Shown here in pieces: positions 29,444-39,177 of a stretch of 64,000 bases of DNA. Made by a program: the position numbers and the translations under genes. The DNA lies in contig CAWEJX010000009.1 in the NCBI GenBank assembly GCA_963809485.1, positions 64,001-128,000 of the forward strand, in the 5' to 3' direction. Numbering within the stretch: the stretch's first letter is position 1; every line of letters begins with the position of its first letter. The notes beneath the pieces were generated by a model. The model had not been told where the DNA came from. It was given only the letters and a program-made list of their open reading frames with translations, and made no database searches. Source of the stretch: an uncultured Acidobacteriota bacterium. GTDB taxonomy: Bacteria; Acidobacteriota; UBA6911.

Positions 29444-30538
29444 ATGGGAAAGATAAGAATTGTCTGCGCCCCTGCATTCCTGCTTTTTGCTGTTGCGGCC
29501 TTTGGCCAGATCAACCAGCCGAACCATCTGCCGTACAAAGACCTTATTTTCGCTCAGCTCGCCACGGGCGGAATCTGGGAAACACAGATAACGGTTACCA
29601 ACCGCGGCACTCAGCCATGGGAGGGAGATTTTCATTTCTATACCGGCGAGGGATCGGCGTGGAATCCCTATGTGAACGGCGTCCAATTGATCGGCGGCAG
29701 CCTCGCGGTAACGCTTAGTCCCAAAAGAACTGCGACCTATAAAATAACCATGCCCGGCTCCGTGATTGTGCCGGGATTCGTGATGGCCATAGCCGACAAC
29801 ACCGATCTGGACAATTTCATTGAAGGCAATTTGACGTGGTTCGTTAAAGACGCAGACAAGGTCACGGATAGTATCGGAGTACTCCCTTCAAATCCCATCA
29901 TGGCAACGACCCTTCCATTTGAGAATTTCAACTCGGTCAGCGTGGCATTCGCCAACACCGATGCTCAGGGACGACCCGCCCATTTGAAATTGAAGCTGTA
30001 TTCGGAATCGGGTAGCCGTGTGGGCGACATTTTTGAGTGGACCCTCGACGCCCGGGAACACCTTCCCCGCTATCTTCGGGAATTATTTACAGGGGTGACG
30101 CTCGGCCGGGGCCGTGTCGATATTTCATCCGATGTCCCCATCAGCGGCGTGGCCCTGATCCAGACAGAATCCCAGTTCGCCTCTCTTCCCTTCAATTCCA
30201 CTGTCCGAACTTATCAGGTCGATGCCTATGGTTCGGAGGTGAACTTCGCGCGGATGACTCTGTGGACCGAGGGCCTTTTCATAAGCGGCTATGTTGCCAT
30301 GGAACGCGAAAGCGTCCTGAGCCTGTTTGCCATAACCGGAAGCATCAAGGACGGGAAAGCGCTGTTGCATTTTGACGGCGACAACGAGACGACAAGCGAC
30401 TATGGCGTCTATGGCTTCATCATTCCTAATGAAGTTTTTGATCCCGACAAAACATCTTTCAGCGGCACGTATTCTGTGGCCATCCCATCCGAGTATGAAT
30501 TCGAAAACGGGTGGTTCGATGCCACTCTGGTTCCGTGA
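29444..30538 (+). CDS. secreted beta-rich hypothetical protein
   Basis: Sec signal, FAQLATGGIWETQITVTN and VAFANT repeats, similar in style to 59916-61574. Confidence 0.7.
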   Translation: MGKIRIVCAPAFLLFAVAAFGQINQPNHLPYKDLIFAQLATGGIWETQITVTNRGTQPWEGDFHFYTGEGSAWNPYVNGVQLIGGSLAVTLSPKRTATYKITMPGSVIVPGFVMAIADNTDLDNFIEGNLTWFVKDADKVTDSIGVLPSNPIMATTLPFENFNSVSVAFANTDAQGRPAHLKLKLYSESGSRVGDIFEWTLDAREHLPRYLRELFTGVTLGRGRVDISSDVPISGVALIQTESQFASLPFNSTVRTYQVDAYGSEVNFARMTLWTEGLFISGYVAMERESVLSLFAITGSIKDGKALLHFDGDNETTSDYGVYGFIIPNEVFDPDKTSFSGTYSVAIPSEYEFENGWFDATLVP

Positions 30539-30695
30539 CAGATTCTACGGCAGCCTTCCGGCGATGCCGGGAATAGGCATCCTCCGGCAGAGCCGGAAGC
30601 TTTATATTCGCCGGCCTCTCAAATAGGCCTGATCGCAACCCATGAAATATCACGGAAGTTTGGTGCGCCGTGGATATCTTTAAGGCTTTTTGAAA

Positions 30696-30765
30696 CGCAG
30701 AATGTCGAATGAAGAATTTCGAAGTCCTTCTGCAGTTCGATATTCGAAATTCGATATTCGATATT
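30696..30765. repeat. heptamer-unit imperfect inverted repeat
   Basis: CGCAGAATGTCGAATGAAGAATTTCGAAG...TTCGATATTCGAAATTCGATATTCGATATTC. Confidence 0.6.
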
Positions 30766-30978
30766 CAGCATTTCGCGTTTCCCGGGTCCCTGGTCGCTGT
30801 CAGAACACCGGAGAAAAGGCATGCTCCGGCATTCCTCAAACGCATGCTTCCTTACCGACAGAGCCGGTGGGGCTCGCATTGGATTCGCATTGCTGAAACT
30901 GGCGTTCACGGTGCAAAGCCGCTATGGGGGTCCGCTTTCCTTATAGGAAACTGCGGCGACTCCGCATACTATGAGTCC

Positions 30979-33090
30979 ATGATTTTTTACGCTGGAACCA
31001 TTTTTGTCAGTGCTTTTCTGCTGTTTCTGGTACAGCCGCTTTTGGCCAAATACATCCTGCCCTGGTTTGGCGGCAGCCCCGGAGTCTGGACAACCTGCCT
31101 GTTGTTTTTCCAGGTTCTGCTGCTGGCCGGGTACGGTTTCGCTCATTTCCTAACCCGAAGATTCCGTCCTCGAATGCAGGCAGGAATCATTGTGGCTCTT
31201 CTGCTGCTTACTCTGGCCTTCCTGCCCATAACCCCATCCAGGACATGGTTGCCGGAAAACATTTCCGCGCCCGCGTGGCACATCCTCAGGCTTCTTGCAG
31301 CAAGCGTCGGCGCATGCTATTTCCTTCTGTCTTCCATGAGCCCTTTGATTCAATCCTGGTTGAGCCGTTCGTTGCCCAACGCTTCCCCCTATCGCCTGTA
31401 TACGCTTTCGAATCTTGGCTCGCTGATGGCCATCGTCAGTTACCCGTTTCTGATCGAGCCCAACCTGGGTCTGGGATTTCAAACAAAGCTCTGGTCGCTT
31501 TCATACGCTTGTTTTGCGGCCCTCTGCATCGGGAGCGCATTCCGGATGTGGAAACTGGGATCCCAATCCGGGGGTTTTCCCATCCCTATGGCCGAAGGAG
31601 ACCAAGCCGATCGGGAGGTTCCCCCTTCCAGAGCAGATCGGTCCCTGTGGCTGATCTTGACCGCCCTCAGTTCGACCATGCTGCTTGCCACGACCAATCA
31701 GATGTGCCTGGATGTAGCGGTGATCCCGCTTTTGTGGCTGCTTCCTATGGCTCTTTACCTGCTCTCGTTCATTCTTTGCTTTGAAAGCGACCGGTGGTAT
31801 TCGCGCACGGGATTCGGCATGGCCCTGGCGGTGGCGCTGGCGCAGAACTGTTTCGTTCTGTATCGAGGCATTTACATAGGGATTCCGGCTCAAATAGCTT
31901 CCTACTGTTTTACTCTTTTCGTCTGCTGCATGGTTTGCCACGGCGAACTGGTGCGTTTGAAACCCCGGCCCCGCCATCTGACGTCCTTCTATCTGATGAT
32001 TTCGGCAGGAGGAGCTTTGGGTGGAGTTTTTGTGAACCTGATTGCGCCTTATGTTTTCAAGGGCTATTGGGAATTTCATCTTGCGCTCGCAGGAACCGCC
32101 CTGGCTTTCCTCATCGTCCTGTTCCATGGCCGCGGAGGGCGCCTCCGCGGCGGCCGGCCTTTCTGGGCATGGGCCCTTCTGGATCTGGCCTTCCTCGCGC
32201 TGGTTCTGGCCCTGGGAGCACAGATACACGACACCCTCAAAGACGTCCTCACACTGAAGCGCAATTTTTTCGGGGTGCTTAAGGTGCTGGAAGAGGGTAA
32301 ACAGGATGCTTCCCAACAGCGCCTGGTCCTTATGCACGGGCGCATCGAGCACGGCTATCAGTTTGCCGATCAGGAGAAGCGCTATTGGCCGACCTCGTAC
32401 TTCGGCCCGACCAGCGGCGTGGGAATCGCGATACAGTTCCACCCTCGGCGTCTCGATCCCGCCCGGCGGCACCTGAGAATCGGCGTGGTTGGCCTGGGGA
32501 CAGGCACTCTGGCGGCGTATGGAGAGGAGGGAGATTATTTCCGTTTTTATGAGATCAATCCCGAGGTCCTGCGTTTATGCGAAAACTATTTTACATACCG
32601 CAAAGACAGCTCGGCCAGGGTGGATGTCGTTTTGGGGGATGCGCGCATATCGATGGAACGAGAGCGGAGCCTGCATCAGCCGGGAGACTATGACGTCCTC
32701 GCGGTGGATGCATTCAGCAGCGATGCCATCCCAATACACCTGCTGACCCGCGAATGCTACCGGAGTTACCGGTATCACCTGAAAAAGGACGGGATTCTTG
32801 CCCTGCATGTCAGCAGCCGGTATTTCAATCTCGGGCCCGTGGCCCGCAGCCTGGCGGAACTCGATTCGGGGCGTGGCACGAAAGCGCTGCTCGTTCAGGA
32901 TGGCGGCAGCAAAATGCAGGGGACGGATGCAACGCGCTGGATTCTGCTGACCTCCAACAAAGCGTTTCTCGAAGACCGCAAGGTCAAGGATGCCGTCAGT
33001 CCGTGGGCGCCCGACGATTACCCCTCCCTCCTCTTCACCGACGATTACAGCAACCTCTTCCGCCTCCTCCGAAAAAAAACCTTCTTCTAG
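30979..33090 (+). CDS. fused multi-pass membrane protein / spermidine synthase-like methyltransferase
   Basis: FVSAFLLFLVQP..AKYILPWFGG, CHGELVRLKP, VVGLGTGTLA, YEINP, VDAFSSDAIPIHLLT and FTDDYSNL. Confidence 0.88.
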   Translation: MIFYAGTIFVSAFLLFLVQPLLAKYILPWFGGSPGVWTTCLLFFQVLLLAGYGFAHFLTRRFRPRMQAGIIVALLLLTLAFLPITPSRTWLPENISAPAWHILRLLAASVGACYFLLSSMSPLIQSWLSRSLPNASPYRLYTLSNLGSLMAIVSYPFLIEPNLGLGFQTKLWSLSYACFAALCIGSAFRMWKLGSQSGGFPIPMAEGDQADREVPPSRADRSLWLILTALSSTMLLATTNQMCLDVAVIPLLWLLPMALYLLSFILCFESDRWYSRTGFGMALAVALAQNCFVLYRGIYIGIPAQIASYCFTLFVCCMVCHGELVRLKPRPRHLTSFYLMISAGGALGGVFVNLIAPYVFKGYWEFHLALAGTALAFLIVLFHGRGGRLRGGRPFWAWALLDLAFLALVLALGAQIHDTLKDVLTLKRNFFGVLKVLEEGKQDASQQRLVLMHGRIEHGYQFADQEKRYWPTSYFGPTSGVGIAIQFHPRRLDPARRHLRIGVVGLGTGTLAAYGEEGDYFRFYEINPEVLRLCENYFTYRKDSSARVDVVLGDARISMERERSLHQPGDYDVLAVDAFSSDAIPIHLLTRECYRSYRYHLKKDGILALHVSSRYFNLGPVARSLAELDSGRGTKALLVQDGGSKMQGTDATRWILLTSNKAFLEDRKVKDAVSPWAPDDYPSLLFTDDYSNLFRLLRKKTFF

Positions 33091-33266
33091 CCCGCCGGCC
33101 TCACGGGGTTTGGCTGCGCGACCCAAGCCTTGCATATCCGCGCGGAATGCATGTCACCGGCCTCAGGCCACAAATCGCCCTGCGCAGACTGCGCCCCGTT
33201 AGCACAAACTGCCTTTGCAGCTATCGATGACTGACAGAAATATTGATCAGGAACCCTTAACGGAAC

Positions 33267-33402
33267 GTATGTTTCAATTCGTCATTCGTCAATACGTTCT
33301 ACCCCTAAGACTTAATCGGACTGAGGGAAAACCCGCAGAAGAGCGCCCAGTGGAGAGTATGTTTCAATTCGTAATTCGCAATTCGTCATTCGTCAATACG
33401 TT
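33267..33402. repeat. two-copy direct repeat built of heptamers
   Basis: GTATGTTTCAATTCGTCATTCGTCAATACGTT at 33267, and an internally expanded copy at 33357. Confidence 0.6.
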
Positions 33403-33403
33403 G

Positions 33404-35464
33404 TTACACCCAGGATTTGGCAGGCTGATAATCGTAGGGTTCCATGGAAAAACTGCCGCGCCCCTGGGTGAGCGACCGGACCTGCGTGGAGTAGCCGAAC
33501 ATCTCGGCCAACGGCACATATCCCCGGACCACGGCGACGCCGGCAAGCAATTCCGTGTCATGGATCTCCGCTCTCCGGGAACCCAGATCCTTCATCACAG
33601 GGCCGAGGCAATCGTCCGGGGTGCGGACCTCGAGGTTCATGACCGGTTCGAGCACGATGGTCTGGGCTTGCGCGACAGCCTCTCTCAGGGCCAGCGTGAG
33701 AGTTCCCATCAATGGAACGGCAATGTCCGGAGGGTCGTTGTGGCGGAATTCAAGGATACGCACTGTGAGATCCACCACGGGGTAGCCATGGGAACCTCCG
33801 GAATCACAGCCTCTCAGAAGTATTTCTTCCGCCTCACGCTGGAGGGCAGACGACAGTTGTCTTGAAATGCGGGAAATGTCTACCTCCACGGGCGGCAGAC
33901 TTCGATCCCCGGGAGTTCTCGGCCGGGGCTGGACTTCTACCGCGGCGCGGCCGCTGACCAGCACATCGCCGATGCGTTTTTCGAATTCTCCCTTGCCGAT
34001 GCTGCGTGCCGTTATGGTCTCGCGATAGGAAACACGCGGCCGTCCAAAAAAGGCAGCCACGTTGAACTCCCGCTGCATGCGGTTTCGGGTCACCTCCAGG
34101 TGCAGTTCGCCCATGCCCGACAGGATCATCTGGCCGGTTTCTTCATCCGTTCCGACACGAAGCGTGGGATCTTCCCGCAACAGCCGGTTCACAATTTCAA
34201 ACAACCGGTCGCGGTCCGCTGAGGTTTGCGTCTCCACTGCCATGGAGACAACGGTCTGTGGAAAGTGAATCGGTTCGTAAGTGATCGGGTGCTGCGGATC
34301 ACACAGGGTGTCTCCGGTCACAATATCTTTCAGCCCGTGAACCGCAACAATATCTCCGCAGCGAGCTTCGTCCACAGGCTCCGTCCGGTCCGCATGGAGG
34401 CGAAGGATTCGCCGGAGCCGGAGACGGGTCTTCGAGCGAGGATGATAGCAGCGTTCCTCCGTCGTCAAAGAGCCGGAATAAACGCGCAGCCACAGAAAAT
34501 CCGTGCTCGAGGTCGCCACAACTTTGAAAACCAGGGCGGAAAACGGCGTATCCAGCGTCAGCGGGCGCTCGAGCGGGGCGCTGGTTGCGGGGTCCATGCC
34601 CTGAGCCGGTGGGCGGTCCAGAGGGGACGGGAGGTAGTCGCAAATTGCATCCAGAACCGGCTGAACGCCTGTGTCCCGCAATGCGGCGCCGCACAAAACA
34701 GGTATCAGGCCGCCGCTTAGGGTAGCTTCCCGTATGGCTCGTCGGAGGTCTTTGGCATCCACGGGCTGGCCGGCCAGATAGATGTCGGCAAGCCAATCCA
34801 CACAGTTGGCGGCGTTCTCGACAAGATGATTGCGCGCCTCTTCCACAAGGGTCTTGAACTCATCCGGAATTTCCTGGACCTCGAGTTCGCGTCCGTGCGT
34901 CATCGCATTGAAAAGGACAAGACGCCGGTCAACAAGATCGATGATTCCGTCCAGTCGGTTCTCGAGGCCGTGCGGGAGGTTGATGAATGCCGCCCGAGTC
35001 CGGAGCCGCGATTCAATCTGCTTGAGAACGCGCTCATGATCGGCGCCGGCCCGGTCCAGCTTATTAATGAATGCCAGCCGGGGGACCTGATAACGATCGG
35101 CCTGCCGCCAGACGGTTTCGCTCTGCGGTTCCACCCCCTCGACACCGGAAAAGATGACCACGGCACCATCCAGGACTCGCAGGCTGCGCTCCACTTCGGC
35201 CGTGAAGTCCACATGCCCGGGGGTATCTATCAGATTGACCTGGTGGCTCCTCCAGGGAAAGGTGGTTGCGGCGGCAGAGATGGTGATCCCTCTCTCCCGT
35301 TCGTCCGCCCGGAAATCCATGACGGCCTGGCCATCATGAACCTCTCCCATCTTGTGGGTTTTCCCGGAGTAAAAAAGAAAGCGCTCGGTGACGGTTGTCT
35401 TCCCTGCGTCAATGTGCGCGATAATTCCGACATTCCGCACGCGCCCGAGCGGTGTTGAGGCCAT
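33404..35464 (-). CDS. fusA: elongation factor G paralog (orphan, divergent domain IV)
   Basis: AHIDAGKTT, ERGITI, DTPGHVDF, NKLD, GMGELHL and LAEMFGY; no rpsL/rpsG/tuf neighbours. Confidence 0.88.
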   Translation of the reverse strand: MASTPLGRVRNVGIIAHIDAGKTTVTERFLFYSGKTHKMGEVHDGQAVMDFRADERERGITISAAATTFPWRSHQVNLIDTPGHVDFTAEVERSLRVLDGAVVIFSGVEGVEPQSETVWRQADRYQVPRLAFINKLDRAGADHERVLKQIESRLRTRAAFINLPHGLENRLDGIIDLVDRRLVLFNAMTHGRELEVQEIPDEFKTLVEEARNHLVENAANCVDWLADIYLAGQPVDAKDLRRAIREATLSGGLIPVLCGAALRDTGVQPVLDAICDYLPSPLDRPPAQGMDPATSAPLERPLTLDTPFSALVFKVVATSSTDFLWLRVYSGSLTTEERCYHPRSKTRLRLRRILRLHADRTEPVDEARCGDIVAVHGLKDIVTGDTLCDPQHPITYEPIHFPQTVVSMAVETQTSADRDRLFEIVNRLLREDPTLRVGTDEETGQMILSGMGELHLEVTRNRMQREFNVAAFFGRPRVSYRETITARSIGKGEFEKRIGDVLVSGRAAVEVQPRPRTPGDRSLPPVEVDISRISRQLSSALQREAEEILLRGCDSGGSHGYPVVDLTVRILEFRHNDPPDIAVPLMGTLTLALREAVAQAQTIVLEPVMNLEVRTPDDCLGPVMKDLGSRRAEIHDTELLAGVAVVRGYVPLAEMFGYSTQVRSLTQGRGSFSMEPYDYQPAKSWV

Positions 35465-35735
35465 CGGGTCCTCCGAACCCGGTTCTTTTCATCCTGGGGC
35501 GGCATCACCGGGCTTGCTATCGTTCCGCCCAAAACACAGAAAGCAGTACTTTTGCAGTTAGATGTGATTTCGTCAAGCAAATCGATGAAAAGAGTTTCCA
35601 GTTCCCAGTCTCCAGTTCTAGGTTCCCGGGCCTGAGGGATAAAAGCCGGGTCGGGAATGGGAACATAAAATTGGGTTTGCCAGTTTGGCTATTTTCAATG
35701 CAAAATCTATAATGTGCGGCAGTTGAGTGAGGTAT

Positions 35736-36479
35736 ATGAGAAAAATCATAGAAATTGCAGTACACGAGGTCACGCCGAGCCGCGCCGAGGTCCTGGAAAG
35801 CCAGGGAATGGCTGGCCGGGAAAATCTGCCCGCCCGAATCGGCGCGCTCCTCGATTCGGCCCTGGAATTGTTCGGGCAGCTTGCCGAGCCTCGTGGGCTG
35901 CTTCAGGATTGGCCGATTGGGGAGTTTCGGTCGATTTACAACGGAAATGGGCTGAATTCGCCGGAAGGCCCGGTTCCGCTCATCGTTCCAAAAGCCGATG
36001 GACTGGCTCTTTTTGCAGCGACCCTGGGCGGGGCCCTGATTGCCAAGAGCAGCGAGCTATTCGCGAAGGGAGGCCCTGCGCTTGGTTTTATGCTGGATGC
36101 GGTTAATTCCTCCGGGGCTGAAAGGCTGGGGATGCTCATGGGGCAGCGTTTTCTTGAGCTTTTGCCTGAAGAGTTGCGCCGGCCCAGGAAACTGAAGGCC
36201 CAATACTACTGCCCTGGCCACTGCGGCTGGCACATCTCGGGGCAGGCGAAGCTGTTCGAGATCCTGCGCCCGGAAGAAATAGGCATCACGCTGAACGCGA
36301 GATGGGTCATGCAGCCAACCAAATCAATTTCAGGCATACTTGCTGTTGGAGACATGGAAATACACAGGTTCAGGCCGAATTACCCTTTCTGCAAAGATTG
36401 TAAAGAACACAAATGCATTAAAAGGCTGGCGATCCTGGAGAACACCAGTCAGGTACCTCCGGCAAAGCCGGAGGCTTGA
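35736..36479 (+). CDS. methionine synthase activation-domain-like protein
   Basis: FAATLG, LDAVNS..AE, YCPGHCGW..GQ..LF, IGITLN...MQPTKSISG and a C-terminal CxxCxxxxC. Confidence 0.7.
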   Translation: MRKIIEIAVHEVTPSRAEVLESQGMAGRENLPARIGALLDSALELFGQLAEPRGLLQDWPIGEFRSIYNGNGLNSPEGPVPLIVPKADGLALFAATLGGALIAKSSELFAKGGPALGFMLDAVNSSGAERLGMLMGQRFLELLPEELRRPRKLKAQYYCPGHCGWHISGQAKLFEILRPEEIGITLNARWVMQPTKSISGILAVGDMEIHRFRPNYPFCKDCKEHKCIKRLAILENTSQVPPAKPEA

Positions 36480-36849
36480 AAGATTTGAACCGCTCAAAGC
36501 GGTTGGACTAGTTACGCCGGTCTTGAACGCTGACTTACGCGGGCAAAAGCCGATGAGGCGCTTCCGATCCCCGCAGGGGCCAACGCTCCGCGCTGGACAG
36601 TTTTCTGCGGCGGCACTGTGGCAAGCGCCGTGCGGCAAGGAGATGAAGGGTATGAGAAACCGGGCGTTTGCCACAGTGCCGCCGCAGAAAACTCCATCGG
36701 AAGCGCCTCATCGGCTTTTGCTCGCCGACCCTCGCCGAACAAATCGGCGTTTGTCAGCGCTTTTATCAGCGTTTCTCAGCGTTTCAAAATACGGAGCTGT
36801 CAAACTCTTTGAGTCCCCCGGCAGAGCCGTGGGTTTACCAATGTAATTA
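36447..36849 (+). mobile_element. non-autonomous IS200/IS605-like palindromic element, copy 1
   Basis: Left hairpin CCTCCGGCAAAGCCGGAGG plus CCGCTCAAAGCGG, right hairpin CCCCCGGCAGAGCCG(T/G)GGG-TTTACC, two nested 26-bp inverted repeats, no transposase. Repeated five times in the window. Confidence 0.7.
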
Positions 36850-36931
36850 GCGGGTTCCTCAAAAAATGAGCCGCAAACCAACACGAATCCTTGCGGGCGT
36901 GTTCCTTTGTGGCTGAATCGGACGGGGTCTT

Positions 36932-37831
36932 ATGCAAAACATCTTGGAACGTTTGAGCCGGGGCGATGTGATCGTCGGGGACGGTGCGCTCGGCACACAG
37001 CTTATGAAGCGCGGCCTGAAACACGGTGATCCCCCGGAATCCTTCAATCTCACAAAACCTCAGGTCCTCGAGGAAATCGCGTCTCTATACCTGGAAGCCG
37101 GGGCGGAAATCGTCACGACCAACACCTTCGGAGCCTCCTCCCTGAGGCTGAAACAGTTCTCTTTGGAGAAGGATGTCGAAAGGATCAACCAAGGCGCTGT
37201 GCATGCCGCGCGCAGAGCAGTCGGTGGCAAAGCTTATGTTTCCGCTTCGGTAGGCCCTACGGCTCAGATGATCAAGCCTTTCGGCGACACCGAACCCGAT
37301 ACGGTATATTCCAGCTTTCAGCAGCAGGTGCGGGCGCTCCTGGGCGCGGGTGCGGACATGATCTGCATCGAAACCATGTCGGACCTGACTGAGGCCACGC
37401 TGGCGATTCAGGCAGTCCGCTCGATCGATCCAAGAGTTCCGATAATGGCGACCATGACCTTCAGCAGGACCGCCCAGGGATTTTTCACATTGATGGGATC
37501 CTCGGTCGCGAACGCAGCAGCGGCACTGGAAAAGGCCGGAGCGAATATTGTCGGTTCCAACTGCGGCGACGGGACGGAGAGTATGGTTGGAATTGCCGGA
37601 GAGTTCCGTAAACACTCCCGGCTACCCATAGCCATACAGGGCAATGCGGGGCTCCCGACAGCTTCGGACACTGGCCTGGTGTACCCTGAAACGCCCGATT
37701 TCGTTGCAGGCAAAGCCGTTGAAATGCTGAATCTGGGCGTCCAGATCATTGGCGGATGTTGCGGTACGGGCCCCGAACACATTCGTGCCATACGTAAGGT
37801 TGTGGATAATCAGCGGCAGGCAGCGCCTTGA
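36932..37831 (+). CDS. homocysteine S-methyltransferase family protein (stand-alone MetH N-terminal module)
   Basis: DGALGT, TTNTFGA, IETMSDL, GSNC, NAGLP and IIGGCCGTGPEHI. Confidence 0.9.
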   Translation: MQNILERLSRGDVIVGDGALGTQLMKRGLKHGDPPESFNLTKPQVLEEIASLYLEAGAEIVTTNTFGASSLRLKQFSLEKDVERINQGAVHAARRAVGGKAYVSASVGPTAQMIKPFGDTEPDTVYSSFQQQVRALLGAGADMICIETMSDLTEATLAIQAVRSIDPRVPIMATMTFSRTAQGFFTLMGSSVANAAAALEKAGANIVGSNCGDGTESMVGIAGEFRKHSRLPIAIQGNAGLPTASDTGLVYPETPDFVAGKAVEMLNLGVQIIGGCCGTGPEHIRAIRKVVDNQRQAAP

Positions 37832-37877
37832 TTGCCGTTTCGAGGAAACAGCTTTCTGCCCGTCAACCCGCCATTCG

Positions 37878-38087
37878 TCAATCGACGGCAATCATCACAT
37901 TGGAAGCCTTGATCACCGCATAGGCTTCTTTGCCTGGAGCCAACTGCAGCTTTTCCGCGGATTCTTTTGTGATAATGGAGACAATTTCCACACCCTTCAT
38001 CACTTCCAAAACCACTTCCGAATTGACGGCGCCTGGTTTGACCTGCTTGACGGTTCCCTTTAGAACATTTCGGGCACTCAGCCTCAT
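37878..38087 (-). CDS. mop: molybdate/tungstate-binding TOBE protein (molbindin)
   Basis: MRLSARN.L.G.V...SIIT.ES...L.L..G....A.IKAS.V. Confidence 0.92.
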   Translation of the reverse strand: MRLSARNVLKGTVKQVKPGAVNSEVVLEVMKGVEIVSIITKESAEKLQLAPGKEAYAVIKASNVMIAVD

Positions 38088-38179
38088 ACTCTGCCTCCTT
38101 GGATAGCAAATTATACCATACCGGCTTCGTCACCCTCGACGATCGTGATAGCATGGACGGCCGGAAAGGAAGGCGAAAA

Positions 38180-38827
38180 ATGGGATCCGGCTTCTTGGGG
38201 GAATTCCGCCGGGATCGGGTGGTGGCATCGCGGATCCGGGGCACTGCAGATGATGATGGATTGCCCGAACTCTCGGACTGGAAGAGCGCTGCACCCGTCT
38301 GCTTTTGCTCCGATTGGCGGGACGAGAATCAGGATCCGCAGCGCGAAACCGAGGCCCGCCTTTTATGGTCCGCCGATCGGCTGTTCATACGCTTCCGGTG
38401 CCGCTACCGGGAAATATTTGATTACGATGAGCATAACCAGCGGCGCGACCGGCTCTGGCTCCGGGACGTGGCCGAGGTGTTTATACGCCCGTGCGGCGAT
38501 GAACTCCGGCACTACAAAGAATTCGAAATAAGCCCGCATGGAAATTTTCTGGATTTGAAAATAGCCGCGGGAACCAAATCCATACTATCCTGCGACCTTA
38601 AGAGCAGGGTTGTTTTGGACCCTGCCGCCCGCGTCTGGATTGCAGAAATGGGTATACCCATGACCTGCCTCACCGCTCGCTTCAATCCTTTGGAAACCTG
38701 GCACATCAATCTTTTCCGCATCGAGGGAAAAGAGCCGTACCGTTTTTATTCCGCGTGGCGATCGACGATGACGCCTCAACCGAACTTCCATGTCCCGGAG
38801 TTGTTCGGGGAACTGCATTTTTCCTGA
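38180..38827 (+). CDS. carbohydrate-binding family 9-like (DOMON-like) protein
   Basis: LLWS..RLFIRF.C, LW..DVAEVFI, YKEFEISP.G, W.INLFR and PNFHVP..FG. Confidence 0.75.
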   Translation: MGSGFLGEFRRDRVVASRIRGTADDDGLPELSDWKSAAPVCFCSDWRDENQDPQRETEARLLWSADRLFIRFRCRYREIFDYDEHNQRRDRLWLRDVAEVFIRPCGDELRHYKEFEISPHGNFLDLKIAAGTKSILSCDLKSRVVLDPAARVWIAEMGIPMTCLTARFNPLETWHINLFRIEGKEPYRFYSAWRSTMTPQPNFHVPELFGELHFS

Positions 38828-38841
38828 AATCAGCGGGTTTC

Positions 38842-38869
38842 AGTAAGTATCCCCCGGCAGAGCCGTGGG
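38842..38869 (+). repeat. solo terminal hairpin of the IS200-like element family
   Basis: AGTAAGTATCCCCCGGCAGAGCCGTGGG matches the element end hairpin. Confidence 0.5.
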
Positions 38870-39177
38870 ATCTCCCAACGGATTATTTGTCACTCTTGCC
38901 TATCGGGAGCGGCGCCCGGCGGAACGGACTCCCCGCCCTCGCTCCAAATACTTCATTTAAAAGTGTCGTAGATCACATCCGCACCCCCTGAAAGCCATAA
39001 TCAAAAAACCCTCAAAAGCCGAATAGTTCTCCATGTCCCATAAAGAAATCTGGCTATGTTATGGGGCAAAGTAACAAATTCACGATATTGGTCTGCTTTT
39101 TCGTATTCACAGCAGAGCATCCGGTTGAAGCGCATTCTCTGCTCCAAAAATCGCGGCAGAGATAACGAGGCACGTCC

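Noticed and set aside
30709-30978. 90-aa N-terminal extension of the membrane methyltransferase ORF
   Set aside because: It runs through a heptamer repeat; family-like sequence starts at ATG 30979.
33267-33402. CRISPR-like repeat starting GTTTCAATTC
   Set aside because: Only two unequal copies made of heptamer units, a ~58-nt gap and no cas genes.
36330-36850. Recurrent ORFs such as MANARFLI..., MFGEGRRAK... and MASAVRQG... (also at 46.3-46.9, 48.0-48.6 and 58.2-58.7 kb)
   Set aside because: They are by-products of the repeated palindromic element, with no RBS, no HUH/Y1 transposase motif and variable ends between copies.
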